From the NCBI GenBank assembly GCA_963662465.1, contig OY759599.1, positions 6,624,001 to 6,688,000 on the forward strand: a stretch of DNA of 64,000 bases, read 5' to 3'. Within the stretch, counting starts at the first letter, position 1, and every line of letters begins with the position of its first letter. Below, one piece after another: positions 53,186 to 63,781 of this stretch. The position numbers were made by a program, and so were the translations under genes. This DNA comes from Desulfatiglandales bacterium (GTDB lineage Bacteria > Desulfobacterota > DSM-4660 > Desulfatiglandales > Desulfatiglandaceae). The notes beneath the pieces are model-generated. The model searched no databases and had not been told where the DNA came from. It saw only the letters and a list, made by a program, of their open reading frames with translations.

Positions 53186-53725
53186 CTACTCGGTCTCTCC
53201 CGCGAGTTTGAGACCTGTTTCCATGGCTTTTTGGTTCATGGTCATGAAATCGGGGGGGATTTTTTCTTTCAATACCGTAAGGATCGACTCCGGTTTAACC
53301 AGTCCCGTCAATTGAATCAACGCCCCAAGCATACAGATATTGAAAACGATGGGTTTGCCGATTTTTTCCATTACGGCTTCAAACATGTCCAGCTCCACCT
53401 GCCTGGCATCCACTTTGTGATCGATTTTCACATATTTTTTGTCGGTGAGCATGAGGCCCCCGGGCCTCACGATGCCGACATTTTTGTTGTAGGCCGTTTG
53501 TGTCAGGCAGATCAGAATATGCGGATTGATGACCTTGGGGTGGCGGATGGGCGCATCTGAAATAATGACGTCCGCACGGGTGGCGCCGCCGCGAGCCTCC
53601 GGGCCGTAGCTCTGCGTCTGCACCGCATTTAAATTTTCATGTAAGGCGGCTGCCTCGGCGAGGATAATGGCCGCGGTGATGACGCCTTGTCCGCCGGAAC
53701 CGCTGAATACAATGCGTTTATTCAT
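53186..53725 (-). CDS. korC: 2-oxoacid:ferredoxin oxidoreductase gamma subunit
   Basis: SGSGGQG, QTQSYGPEARGG; start at ATG53725. Confidence 0.9.
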   Translation of the reverse strand: MNKRIVFSGSGGQGVITAAIILAEAAALHENLNAVQTQSYGPEARGGATRADVIISDAPIRHPKVINPHILICLTQTAYNKNVGIVRPGGLMLTDKKYVKIDHKVDARQVELDMFEAVMEKIGKPIVFNICMLGALIQLTGLVKPESILTVLKEKIPPDFMTMNQKAMETGLKLAGETE

Positions 53726-54560
53726 GATGTTCCTCTTTGTGGCTGCCTTTATCCTGCGCTGCTGCTTCCTGAAGCTGTTTTGTGAGCATCTGGTAGCTTT
53801 CCACATATTCGGGTTGATTTTCCTTTACGAAAATGCCCCGTTGGATCAGTTCCGGAGATGTTTCCGCTTTTTTTGATCCCCTCTTGACGGTATCTTCACG
53901 AAAAGTTTCCATGATTTCCACGGCGCCGCCGATTTTGTTTTTCCGACCATAGTAGGTGGGACATTGGCTCATGACCTCAACCAGGGAAAACCCCTTGTGC
54001 AGAATGGCTTCCTTGAAAATATCAATCATCTCCCGGACATGGTAGGTGGTGGTTCTGGCCGCAAAGGTGGCGCCGGCGCCCTTTGCCAGCGCCACAACGT
54101 CAAAGGGTTTGGAATCGGTTCCATAAACGGCGGTGGTGGCTTTTTTCCCGGTGGGCGTCAGGGGGGAGTACTGCCCGCCCGTCATGCCGTAGATGCTGTT
54201 GTTCATGATGATGGCGGTGAGATCCACATTCCGCCTGGCCGCATGGATCAGGTGATTTCCGCCGATGGCCAGGGCGTCTCCATCTCCCATGGGAACGATG
54301 ACATTCAGTTCTGGACGACCCATTTTGACCCCCATGGCGAAGGCCAGCGCCCTTCCATGGAGGGTGTGCATGGTATGAAAATCGAGATATCCCGGCATGC
54401 GGGATGAGCATCCAATGCCGGATACCACCACAATGTCATTTTTTTTCAAATGCAACTGGTCAATGGCCCGTATCATATTGCCCATGACGATGCCGTGCCC
54501 GCAGCCGGGGCACCAGATATGCGGCAGAAAGCGTTCCCGGATATAGTCTTTGACCGCCAT
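53718..54560 (-). CDS. korB: 2-oxoacid:ferredoxin oxidoreductase beta subunit
   Basis: WCPGCG, SGIGCS, HTLHGRA, GDGD, YGMTGGQ.SP. Confidence 0.93.
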   Translation of the reverse strand: MAVKDYIRERFLPHIWCPGCGHGIVMGNMIRAIDQLHLKKNDIVVVSGIGCSSRMPGYLDFHTMHTLHGRALAFAMGVKMGRPELNVIVPMGDGDALAIGGNHLIHAARRNVDLTAIIMNNSIYGMTGGQYSPLTPTGKKATTAVYGTDSKPFDVVALAKGAGATFAARTTTYHVREMIDIFKEAILHKGFSLVEVMSQCPTYYGRKNKIGGAVEIMETFREDTVKRGSKKAETSPELIQRGIFVKENQPEYVESYQMLTKQLQEAAAQDKGSHKEEHHE

Positions 54561-54561
54561 T

Positions 54562-55710
54562 TTACACTCCTTTTCCCTGGATCATATTGAGAACGCCTAA
54601 GATATCAGCCGGTGAAATGGACAACCCGTCAAACCGGTTGGCGAGGTATACCCTTTCAGGTCGGGTGACGGCCTTCCTCACTTCCTGGCAGACCTGCCCC
54701 ATGTTCATCTCCACCACCAGTACATGGGTCCTTCCCTTGCACATGCGGCGCACCAGTTGCCTCGGGAATGGCCAGAGAGTCTGCAATTCCAGGAGTCCGA
54801 TTTTCAGACCTCGTTGTCTGCGCGCCTCCACCATGTGCAGGGCGGTTCTGGCCGAACTTCCGAATGAAATCAGCAATATCTCAGCGTCTTCTGTCCAGTA
54901 TTCCTTATAACAGGCCAGTTCGTCGGCCTTGTTTTCAAGCTTGTCCACCAGATGATGCAGCAGGTCATAGGCCACTTTGGGGTCGTTGGAGGGAAACCCC
55001 CACATGTCATGAACCAGACCCGTGACGTTGTATCTGTGGATGCCGCCAAAATCGCTCATGGGAAGCCTGCCGTCTTCACGGGTCAGGTAGGGATGAAAAT
55101 TGATCCCTTCGGGGACCGACGTGCGCAGTCTCTCAACCACGTTAATTTCTCCCGGTTCGGGAATGTGGACCGTTTCACGCATGTGGGCCACCACTTCATC
55201 AAAAAGGAGGATCACCGGTGTCCGGTAGGTTTCCGCCAGGTTAAAAGCCTCCACGGTCATCAGGAAAACGTCTTGCAGGTTGGATGCGGTAAGCGTTATG
55301 ATGCTGTGGTCTCCGTGGGTTCCCCACCTGGCCTGCATGACGTCCCCCTGGGCAACGCCCGTGGGCAACCCGGTACTGGGTCCCCCTCTTTGTACGTTGA
55401 CCACTACGGAGGGCACTTCGGCCATGACCGCATAGCCGATGGCTTCCTGTTTGAGGGAAAAACCGGGACCGCTTGTGGCGGTCATGACCTTCAGTCCGGT
55501 GAGAGAGGCGCCGATGATGGCGCACATGGAAGATATTTCATCTTCCATCTGAAGGAATTTTTGTCCTAGTTTCGGCAGTTTTTCAGACAGTTTTTCGGCG
55601 ATTTCAGTGGAAGGGGTGATGGGATACCCCGCAAAAAACTGCAACCCCGCATAAAGGGCGCCCTGTACAATGGCCTCATTGCCTTGAATAAATGTGGTAC
55701 CGGATTTCAC
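54562..55710 (-). CDS. korA: 2-oxoacid:ferredoxin oxidoreductase alpha subunit
   Basis: GNEA, AGYPITPSTE, QMEDE, TATSGPG, QRGGPSTG; GTG55710 behind GGAGGAG. Confidence 0.93.
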   Translation of the reverse strand: MKSGTTFIQGNEAIVQGALYAGLQFFAGYPITPSTEIAEKLSEKLPKLGQKFLQMEDEISSMCAIIGASLTGLKVMTATSGPGFSLKQEAIGYAVMAEVPSVVVNVQRGGPSTGLPTGVAQGDVMQARWGTHGDHSIITLTASNLQDVFLMTVEAFNLAETYRTPVILLFDEVVAHMRETVHIPEPGEINVVERLRTSVPEGINFHPYLTREDGRLPMSDFGGIHRYNVTGLVHDMWGFPSNDPKVAYDLLHHLVDKLENKADELACYKEYWTEDAEILLISFGSSARTALHMVEARRQRGLKIGLLELQTLWPFPRQLVRRMCKGRTHVLVVEMNMGQVCQEVRKAVTRPERVYLANRFDGLSISPADILGVLNMIQGKGV

Positions 55711-55910
55711 GATGGATTCTCCTCCAGCTCGATGGCCATGTCGGGGCATCTCAATTCACAAAGGCCGCAATTGATGCAGTTTTCGGGATGGGCCCAGCAG
55801 GCCTTGTCCTGATCATCCAGAACCAGAACTTCCTTGGGACAGAAGGCCACGCAGATGCCGCATCCTTTGCACCAGTCTCTGTTGATAATGACGTTTTTTT
55901 TGGGTTCCAT
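55707..55910 (-). CDS. korD: 2x[4Fe-4S] ferredoxin-like delta subunit
   Basis: CKGCGICVAFCP and CINCGLCELRCP. Confidence 0.92.
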   Translation of the reverse strand: MEPKKNVIINRDWCKGCGICVAFCPKEVLVLDDQDKACWAHPENCINCGLCELRCPDMAIELEENPS

Positions 55911-56060
55911 GGTTGTGTCTTTCCGCAGCCTCTATTTTTCCGCGCTTTTTGGGAAATGCTTTTTTGCTGAAAAACCGTTACCGCTTTTCAATATGTGCCC
56001 ATATTAAGGGATGTGCATGAAAAATGCAAGCCCGGCATCATTGGGCGACGAAGCCTTCAA

Positions 56061-57107
56061 TCACACCTGTCCATACCACACCCCCCGCCCGCTGCCATGT
56101 TGGGAAAGATGACCCTCTTTTACCAAATTCCGCAAATGGTGTTTGATGGTATTGCGGTTGGCTTCGGTCAATTGAAGGGCATCGGAGATTGTGAGTCGGC
56201 CATGATCCCGGGCTATCTCAAAGAGCTGCTGAGATAGCGGCGGTAAAGAAAGGAGCCATCGCTCTTTTTCTATTTTGGCAGAAAGCACGTCTTTTTGCCG
56301 GACCAGGCAGGACAAAAAGAAGTCGATCCAGTGGGGCAGACCTTCCTCGTCCCGGTCCAGCGTTTGCTGCGCTGTTCTGAGTGCGAGATAATAACGGTCT
56401 TTGTTGTCTTCAATGACCCGTTCGAGAGAACTGTACGGCACGTAATCGTACCCTGCCCGAAGAAGGAGCAAGGTGGTCAACACGCGGGAGAGTCTGCCGT
56501 TGCCGTCCTGAAAGGGATGGATGGCCAGAAAGCGCACCACGAATACAGCGATGACCAGCAGCGAGTGATGTTCACCGCCTTCAAGCATGTTTTTAATTTC
56601 CGCTGTCAGCAGTTCCATGCGCCGGGGGGTATCAAAGGGTGACGCGGTTTCGAATATGACGCCCAGGCTTTTGCCGTAAGCGTCAAAAGCCTCCACGTGA
56701 TTGGGCAGTGTTTTGTAGTGGCCGCGATGTCGCTGGTCCTTGCCCGAGTATTTGAGCAAAACACCGTGAAGCTGTTTGATGTGGTTTTCCGTCAGATGAA
56801 TTTCCGTCCACGAATGAAACACCATTTCCATGGTTTCAGCGTAGCCCGCCACTTCCTGCTCGTCCCGTGAACGGAAAGAATGAACTTCCAGACCGCGTAA
56901 GAGTCGTTCCACTTCCCTGTTGGACAGCTTTGCACCTTCAATGCGCGTGGATGAACCTACGGATTCAATGGTTGCCACATGCCGCAAGGTTGAAAGACGC
57001 TCCGGCGCGAGCCTCCCCAAAGCCTTCCACTGCCCCTTGAATTCATCGATTTGGGCAATTTGCCGCAGGATGGTCGGGGTGATTTCGAAGTTCTTCAGGC
57101 ATTCCAT
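56061..57107 (-). CDS. Fic-family protein (class II) with a C-terminal HTH
   Basis: Canonical Fic motif HPFQDGNGRLSR; N-terminal SSTRIEG inhibitory helix; start chosen at ATG57107. Confidence 0.9.
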   Translation of the reverse strand: MECLKNFEITPTILRQIAQIDEFKGQWKALGRLAPERLSTLRHVATIESVGSSTRIEGAKLSNREVERLLRGLEVHSFRSRDEQEVAGYAETMEMVFHSWTEIHLTENHIKQLHGVLLKYSGKDQRHRGHYKTLPNHVEAFDAYGKSLGVIFETASPFDTPRRMELLTAEIKNMLEGGEHHSLLVIAVFVVRFLAIHPFQDGNGRLSRVLTTLLLLRAGYDYVPYSSLERVIEDNKDRYYLALRTAQQTLDRDEEGLPHWIDFFLSCLVRQKDVLSAKIEKERWLLSLPPLSQQLFEIARDHGRLTISDALQLTEANRNTIKHHLRNLVKEGHLSQHGSGRGVWYGQV

Positions 57108-57251
57108 ATGGATTGTCCTTTCAATGGATCTTGACCCACAAATTGACCCAATATTACCCAAAAAAACCTTCGTCGTCAAAGGTATCGGGGGTTTTTTTCT
57201 TGACAGGATTAACAAGATCGATGGTCCAGTTGAAATCGGCAGATATGTTCG

Positions 57252-59237
57252 TCATTGTTTCAGCCGGTGACTTGATCCCCATTTCCGAAGGATTTCAAGC
57301 AGCCCCTCTTTGTTGATGGGTTTTACAATATAATCATCCATGCCCGATTCAAGACATTTTTCCCGGTCTCCATTCATGGCCTGACCGGTCATGGCCACAA
57401 TGGGAATCCTGGGAATTGGCGTTTGCCCGCTTTCAAATTTTCGAATGGCTTTGGTTCCGCTAAGGCCATCCATGCCGGGCATTTGAACGTCCATGAAGAT
57501 CAGATCGAAATTTCCAGGGGCATGCCTGTATTTCAACAAGGCTTCTTCGCCGTCATGGGCCATCTCGACCCGGTGACCGGCTTTGGTGAGTATCTTTTCC
57601 GCAAGCTTCCGGTTTACCGGGTTGTCTTCCGCCAAAAGAATATTCAGATGTTGTTCCTGTTTGGCCGGCAGGGGTTTTGAAGATGTGGCAGGTGGAATGT
57701 CGACTCCCATAGGGGCTTTTTCGCTTAGGGAAAACCGCAGGCTGAAACAGGTGCCTTTTTCCACCTCGCTTTTGACTTCCACTGCCACCCCGTGTTTTTC
57801 AAGGATCTCCTTGACGATGGACATGCCTAAGCCCGTTCCCTGCTCGCCGCGGGTGCCGCTTTGGGATGTTTTGGTGAATTGATCAAACAAATAGGGAATT
57901 TTGTCTTCCGGTATGCCGATTCCCGTGTCCGTCACTTTTACCTGTATCAAGTTTTCGGATGCCGATTCAATTTCTATTCGAATGGCGCCGTTTTCCGGGG
58001 TAAATTTGATGGCGTTGCTCAACAGATTGTTAAACACCCGGCCCAATCCGCTGGCATTGGCCATGACGACGGCCCCTTCACATCGGTTTTCAAATTGAAT
58101 TTCCTGACCTTTTGCGGTAGCCATCTGTTTGAGTGAATTGATGCTTGTTTTGATAACCTGGGCGAGGTTGACGGGATCCATTTTCAATTCAGCGGTTTCC
58201 GCTTTGGCCTTGCTGAGATCCAGGATATCATTGATGAGACCGAGCAGTATGTTTCCCGAGGTTTTGATGTGGTCGAGTCCTTCCCTGTCCTCCGGTTCCA
58301 GGTATTCTTTTTCAAGCAGCAGATCCGCAAAGCCCAGGATTCCGTTTAAGGGAGAGCGCAGATCATGGGAGCAGACCGCCAGAAGGTTGTCTTTCATGTG
58401 GTTTAGGTCCGTGAGTTCACGAACCATTGTACGCAGATGTTTGTTGAGCAGATTTCTTTCCAGATGAACCGTGATGCGGGCGAGCAGCTCTTCCTTGGCA
58501 AATGGTTTCATCAAATAGTCGGTGGCGCCCACCTTGAATACCTCCAGCAGTTGGGACTGGTCCGCACTGGCGGTCAGGAAGATAACGGGAAGGTCGGACA
58601 GGTTCAACTCTTGTCTGATTTTCCGGGTCAGTTCACACCCATCCATGTTGGGCATATTCAGGTCGGTAATGACCATATCGATTTCCATGTGCCGTTGCAC
58701 CAGAATGTCATACGCCTGAAGGCCGTCTTCCGCCTGGATCACCGTGAGTCCTTCCCGTCTGAGGTATTCCGATACGATGTGCCGCGCCACCCCGCTGTCA
58801 TCCACCACCAGGGCCGTCAATCCCTGAACCGTTTTTGCGGGTTTCAAAACCTTGTTGACGGCGGAAAGGATGGCGCCCCCGGCAAAGGGTTTGCTGATGA
58901 AGTCCGAGGCCCCCAGCTCAAAGCCCGTTTTGCGGTCTTCCATGGTGTCGTTTCCCGTCACGAAGATGACGGGCATCCGGTTGTCCGGGCAGTGGTTGAA
59001 GAAACGGGCATACCGCTCCCCGCGGAGTTTTCGGCAGGTGTCGAGCCCGTTGAGTTTGGGCATTTCAATGTCCAGGGTAACGAGGTCGGGCGGTGATGGT
59101 ATGGCCAGCCGCGTCAGGGCCTCGAGGCCGTTTTGGGCCTCGGAAACCTCATATCCGCCGGTTTCCAATTCCTTTCGAATGGTTTGCCGGATCATGGGGC
59201 TGTCGTCCACCACCAGAATTTTCATGGATCGGTCCAT
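57252..59237 (-). CDS. Hybrid histidine kinase REC-REC-HisKA-HATPase-REC
   Basis: Three receivers (LDIEMP, TDLNMP, MDVQMP); SHDLRSPL, NLLSNAIKFT, DTGIG, GTGLG. Confidence 0.92.
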   Translation of the reverse strand: MDRSMKILVVDDSPMIRQTIRKELETGGYEVSEAQNGLEALTRLAIPSPPDLVTLDIEMPKLNGLDTCRKLRGERYARFFNHCPDNRMPVIFVTGNDTMEDRKTGFELGASDFISKPFAGGAILSAVNKVLKPAKTVQGLTALVVDDSGVARHIVSEYLRREGLTVIQAEDGLQAYDILVQRHMEIDMVITDLNMPNMDGCELTRKIRQELNLSDLPVIFLTASADQSQLLEVFKVGATDYLMKPFAKEELLARITVHLERNLLNKHLRTMVRELTDLNHMKDNLLAVCSHDLRSPLNGILGFADLLLEKEYLEPEDREGLDHIKTSGNILLGLINDILDLSKAKAETAELKMDPVNLAQVIKTSINSLKQMATAKGQEIQFENRCEGAVVMANASGLGRVFNNLLSNAIKFTPENGAIRIEIESASENLIQVKVTDTGIGIPEDKIPYLFDQFTKTSQSGTRGEQGTGLGMSIVKEILEKHGVAVEVKSEVEKGTCFSLRFSLSEKAPMGVDIPPATSSKPLPAKQEQHLNILLAEDNPVNRKLAEKILTKAGHRVEMAHDGEEALLKYRHAPGNFDLIFMDVQMPGMDGLSGTKAIRKFESGQTPIPRIPIVAMTGQAMNGDREKCLESGMDDYIVKPINKEGLLEILRKWGSSHRLKQ

Positions 59238-60094
59238 GGGTTGTTCTCCGGGTTATTGAGAGGCTGATAAAAAACAGAGCGCAGATACCGTCTGGGGATA
59301 AATCCCGGATCCACATTCATGAGGGATTCCGTGCCGCCGATAATCAGGTATCCGTCTTTTTCCAAAACCGCTGCAATCTTTTTAAAAAGCTTTTTCCGGT
59401 TTTCCATGCTGAAGTATACGCCTACATTTCGGCAGAAAACGATATCAAAGCGGTCCAGGCCCTGAAAGGGTTCCAGGAGATTGATGGTCTTAAACGTGAC
59501 CATGGCCTTGATGTCGTCTCTTATCTTCCAGATGCCGCCGGCATGGTCAAAATACTTTTCCAGTTTATCGTTTGAAAGGCCGCGTTTTATCTCGAATTGA
59601 TTATATTCGCCCCGACGGGCCTGGGCAATGGCCTGGTTGGACAGGTCCGTTCCCAGCAATCGGATTCGGTACCCTGTAAGATCCCCCAAGAGTTCTTTCA
59701 ATACAATGGCGATACTGTAAACCTCCTGACCGGTTGAACAGGCGGCGCTCCAGATGCGAATGGGCGTCGGGAAAAAGCCGGAAGCGCCCGCACGTCTTGC
59801 GTCAATGAGATCGGGAAGAATTTTGTGCTGAAGCAGCTCAAAGGGCCTGGTATCCCTGAAAAAAAGAGTTTCATTGGTTGAAATGCGATCAATGATTTTC
59901 TGTTGGATCACATGGCCGTTGATACTTTCGGTTTTATGGTAAAGTGCCAGAAAGGAGGTGCAGCACTCTTCTTCAAGCAGCCCGGCCAGCCGTGTTTCCA
60001 GAAGATAGGCTTTTTCCCTGCCCAGATGGATGCCCGATATCTTCTCAATATATTGACAAAACAGATCATTTTCTTCCGGTGTAATTTTTATCAT
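59222..60094 (-). CDS. cheR: Chemotaxis methyltransferase CheR
   Basis: TNETLFFRD, IWSAACSTGQE, FDIVFCRNV. Confidence 0.95.
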   Translation of the reverse strand: MIKITPEENDLFCQYIEKISGIHLGREKAYLLETRLAGLLEEECCTSFLALYHKTESINGHVIQQKIIDRISTNETLFFRDTRPFELLQHKILPDLIDARRAGASGFFPTPIRIWSAACSTGQEVYSIAIVLKELLGDLTGYRIRLLGTDLSNQAIAQARRGEYNQFEIKRGLSNDKLEKYFDHAGGIWKIRDDIKAMVTFKTINLLEPFQGLDRFDIVFCRNVGVYFSMENRKKLFKKIAAVLEKDGYLIIGGTESLMNVDPGFIPRRYLRSVFYQPLNNPENNPWTDP

Positions 60095-60113
60095 TCATAT
60101 CTGCCGGTAGTTT

Positions 60114-61220
60114 TCACCGTCTTACGGTGGTGCTCTGAATCTGTTCCGCCATTTTTTCAAGGGGAACGACCACATCGACAATGCCCGCTTCAATGGATTT
60201 TTTGGCCATGCCGAAGACCACGCTGGTGCTTTCGTCCTGTGCAATGATGGTCGCCCCTTTTTCTTTCATCCGTTGCAGCCCCTTTGCTCCGTCGGCGCCC
60301 ATTCCGGTCATGATGACGCCGGTGGCGCAACCGCCGAAAAGTTCCGCCACCGATCTGAAAAGATAGTCAGCCGAAGGGGCGCACCCATTTTCCGGAGGGT
60401 CATCGGTAATCCGAATGATTTTGGCATTTTTGAAGATATCATCAATCACCTTCATCTGCCTGCCCCCCGGCGCGATATAGGCTGTATTGGGCAGAATTTT
60501 TTCGCCATCCACGGCTTCCTTGACTGTAATGGCGCACTGGCGGTCGAGATTTTTCGCAAGGGATGCCGTGAATACCGGGGGCATGTGCTGGGCAATCAAG
60601 AATGGCACTCCCAGATCGCCCGGTATTTTGGGAAGAAAATGGGCCAGGGCCACAGGCCCCCCCGTGGAGATGCCGATGGCCACAATTTCCGATTTATGGT
60701 GAAGGACGGCGGTTCTCACGGGGGTAGCCGGCGGTCTGTGAGAAACGGCGCCGGGCCGTTTACGTGTCGTCATCCCTTTGCCGTTTAAAATTTTTCGGAC
60801 TTCCCTCAGCCGGGCGAAGGCCTTGAGCATGGGCTTGAAGTTTTTTTTCAGTTCGGCCCGGTTTTCTTTCAGGGTGCCATGTTGCGGTTTGAGAATGAAA
60901 TCAAAGGCCCCCAGCTGCAGGGCCGTCATGGTCATGTCACTCCCTTTGCCGGTGTAGGCGCTGAGCATGATGGCGCCCACATTCGGGGCGTCTTTTGCCA
61001 TCCGTCGGAGTACCTCCAGACCGTTCATTTCAGGCATTTCAATGTCAAGGGTGACCAGGTCCGGTTTGAGATCCGCGATTTTGCGCATGGCGATTTTGCC
61101 GTTATGGGCGCTGCCCACAACCCTCACGCCGGGCAATTCGCTCAGCACTTCAGAGACCACCATGCGATATACCACCGTATCATCCACCACAAGGACCCTG
61201 AGATCAGTTTCGTTTTTCAT
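60114..61220 (-). CDS. cheB: Chemotaxis methylesterase CheB
   Basis: REC plus GISTGG, QHMP, MTGMGADG, VVFGM. Confidence 0.95.
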   Translation of the reverse strand: MKNETDLRVLVVDDTVVYRMVVSEVLSELPGVRVVGSAHNGKIAMRKIADLKPDLVTLDIEMPEMNGLEVLRRMAKDAPNVGAIMLSAYTGKGSDMTMTALQLGAFDFILKPQHGTLKENRAELKKNFKPMLKAFARLREVRKILNGKGMTTRKRPGAVSHRPPATPVRTAVLHHKSEIVAIGISTGGPVALAHFLPKIPGDLGVPFLIAQHMPPVFTASLAKNLDRQCAITVKEAVDGEKILPNTAYIAPGGRQMKVIDDIFKNAKIIRITDDPPENGCAPSADYLFRSVAELFGGCATGVIMTGMGADGAKGLQRMKEKGATIIAQDESTSVVFGMAKKSIEAGIVDVVVPLEKMAEQIQSTTVRR

Positions 61221-61244
61221 GTTTTTTTCTCGAATTCGATGATG

Positions 61245-61694
61245 TCAGTCCAATATCTTTTCAATGTCCAAAATCCCAATGAGTCGATCGATGGTTTTGA
61301 TAACCCCATGAAAGAATTCCCCGTGAATGCCGTTCATATTGGCGGGAGGAGACTCCATCTCGTCAAGGGGAACCTCCACCACATCGCTGATTTGTTCCAC
61401 CAGGAGACCGATATATTCTCCCCTGGAACGAATGATGATGTTTCGCCCCTGATCCTCCGGATGGGTGTTGGATAACCCCAGTTTCAACCCGAGATCGATG
61501 ACCGTAACGATTTGCCCGCGAAGGTTCAATATTCCCTGAACGTATGGGGGGGCGCCCGGCACCGGCGTCAGATCGAGAAGTTTGTTGATTTCCTGAATTT
61601 TCAGGATATCGATGCCATATGCGGCGCCGCCAATGGTGAAGGTTGCCAGGTCCACGGTTTTTGCGCCGGCATGGTGTGGTGAAAATCCATTCAT
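61245..61694 (-). CDS. cheW: CheW
   Basis: YGIDILKIQEI, VPGAPPYVQGILNLRGQIVTVIDL. Confidence 0.95.
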   Translation of the reverse strand: MNGFSPHHAGAKTVDLATFTIGGAAYGIDILKIQEINKLLDLTPVPGAPPYVQGILNLRGQIVTVIDLGLKLGLSNTHPEDQGRNIIIRSRGEYIGLLVEQISDVVEVPLDEMESPPANMNGIHGEFFHGVIKTIDRLIGILDIEKILD

Positions 61695-61713
61695 GACGGT
61701 GTATCCCCTTTTC

Positions 61714-63762
61714 TTAAACCTTGAAGCGTTCCGCCATTGCTTTCAGCTGTTCCGCCAGTCGGCTCAGGCTTTCGGCGCTCAGGTTGACCTGACTGCTGCC
61801 GGCGGACATCTCCCTGGCCGCATCATTGACGCCTGCAATATCCCTGGCAATCTCCGCTGCCACCGCGGAACTCTGGGCCACGTTTTCGGTGACTTCCTGA
61901 ATGCCCAATGCCGCCTGGGCCACATTGCCGGCGATATCCCGGGTGGTCACGGATTGTTCCTCCACTGCTGTGGCGATAATGGATACGATTTCATTGACTT
62001 CGTTGATGACCCTGGAAATCTGGTCGATCTGTTTGACGGTGCCGTCGGTGGAATTCTGAATGCCCTCTATTTTGCGCTTGATTTCGTCCGTTGCTTTTGC
62101 CGCCTGCTTGGCCAGTTCCTTGATTTCATTGGCCACCACCGCAAAGCCTCTCCCCGCATCACCGGCACGGGCGGCTTCGATGGTGGCATTCAGGGCCAGA
62201 AGGTTGGTCTGTTCTGAAATCTCCGTGATGGATTCCGTGACTTTTCCGATTTCCCTGGCCGCCTTCCCCAGTTCGTCCACGGTCACCGAAGCGCTTTTGG
62301 CTTCGGATACGGCTTTTTCAGTGATGCTAAGGGCTTTTTCAGTGTTCTGGGCAATTTCGCTGATGGTGGCGGTCATTTCTTCAGAGGCCGCGGCCACCAT
62401 GTTGACGTTGGTGGAGGCCTCCTCCGCGGCGGCGGCCACGGACGACATGTTGGCGCTCATCTCTTCCGCCGCGGTGGAAACCGTATTGGCTTTTTCAGAG
62501 GTCTGCCGGGCGCCGGAAGACATCTGGTGGCTGATGGTGCTGAGTTCCGTGGAGGAGCTTGAAAGGGTGTCCACGCCGTTTGCAATGTCCCGAATCATTT
62601 TCCCCAGGCTCGAAACCATGTTATTGAGGGCCTTGGCCAGGATGCCGATCTCATCTTTCCGGTCAATATCAAGGGTTTCGTTTAAATCACCGTCGGCCAT
62701 TTTTTTGGCGAAAAGGGTCCCTTTCTGAAGGGGTCGGATGATGGATATGCTCAGTAAAATACCTAAGAACAGCGCTGCGCCAAAGCCGATGATCATGCCC
62801 AGGATGGCGGTTATTCTGGCTTTTTTCGAATCCGATCGGGCAGCTTTTTCCTCATTGGCCACAACCGTTTCATTGACCGTAATGATATCATCTAAAAGCC
62901 TGTCCGAAATTTCATGTTTTTCAAGGGAGGTCACCATGGCGTAATGGGCCATGCTGTTGAAGATCTCTTCCGCTTTGGCCGTTTCACCCCGCATTGCTTC
63001 AAGATAGTTGATTATTTTATGCCCCGTAGGCGCCATTTCACTTTCAAAAAGAACACGGGCGCCATTGGTATCGCCTCGTTCCACCAGTTCCCTGATTTTT
63101 CCCACGGCGTCGTGGAATTTTTCGTGATACCCTAAGATGCCTTTTAGGGAGGCCAGTAATTCCGGGTTTGTTGTTTTGAAGGTTGGCGTCCAGTTCGCGA
63201 AAGGGCATGATGCCGTATCGTTTCCCCCGGTGAAAATTTTTCCCGTGAAGATCATTAGCAGGGTTTTTTCCATGAGCTTGTAGTGGTCACCCCTGAATGA
63301 TTCAATTTTGGTCTGCAGCGCCATTGGGTTCAGGATGTCCTTTTTGTCGAGTTCCTCACAGAGGGTAAAAAAGGTTTTGTCCCCCGTCTTGATCTCTTGT
63401 CGGGTGGCCATGAATTCTTTCCACAGTCGGGATTCTTCCGGGGTTTGGGGAAGGGGTTCATAGATTTCCACTGCAGCCTTGAACCGCTTTTCGGCTTCGG
63501 AAAAGTGCTTGTATTGCTGATGGCGGACTGCCATTTCCAGGTTGGGGTCCAGAAGTGTCCGCTGAACTTTGGTCATGCTCTCCATCTGCTCGCTCATGAT
63601 GAGCAAAGCCTTAATGCTGGGGAGGCGCACTTCGCTGATTTCAAGCAGATTGCCGTCAAGATTGCTGATGCTGCGCCATCCCACATATCCGACGATAAGG
63701 GTGATCAGTGCCACGATGGAAAAACCGCCAACCAATTTGACCATCAGCTTCAAATTTTTCAT
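61714..63762 (-). CDS. Methyl-accepting chemotaxis protein (4HB sensor with CZB-like insert, HAMP, MA)
   Basis: Two TM helices, DEIGILA HAMP, QTNLLALNATIEAARAGDAGRGFAVVA. Confidence 0.95.
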   Translation of the reverse strand: MKNLKLMVKLVGGFSIVALITLIVGYVGWRSISNLDGNLLEISEVRLPSIKALLIMSEQMESMTKVQRTLLDPNLEMAVRHQQYKHFSEAEKRFKAAVEIYEPLPQTPEESRLWKEFMATRQEIKTGDKTFFTLCEELDKKDILNPMALQTKIESFRGDHYKLMEKTLLMIFTGKIFTGGNDTASCPFANWTPTFKTTNPELLASLKGILGYHEKFHDAVGKIRELVERGDTNGARVLFESEMAPTGHKIINYLEAMRGETAKAEEIFNSMAHYAMVTSLEKHEISDRLLDDIITVNETVVANEEKAARSDSKKARITAILGMIIGFGAALFLGILLSISIIRPLQKGTLFAKKMADGDLNETLDIDRKDEIGILAKALNNMVSSLGKMIRDIANGVDTLSSSSTELSTISHQMSSGARQTSEKANTVSTAAEEMSANMSSVAAAAEEASTNVNMVAAASEEMTATISEIAQNTEKALSITEKAVSEAKSASVTVDELGKAAREIGKVTESITEISEQTNLLALNATIEAARAGDAGRGFAVVANEIKELAKQAAKATDEIKRKIEGIQNSTDGTVKQIDQISRVINEVNEIVSIIATAVEEQSVTTRDIAGNVAQAALGIQEVTENVAQSSAVAAEIARDIAGVNDAAREMSAGSSQVNLSAESLSRLAEQLKAMAERFKV

Positions 63763-63781
63763 TGTTTTAAACCTCCCTGTT

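Noticed and set aside
57131..57150. TTGACCCA direct repeat upstream of fic
   Set aside because: Two 8-mers only; could be chance, and no function can be supported
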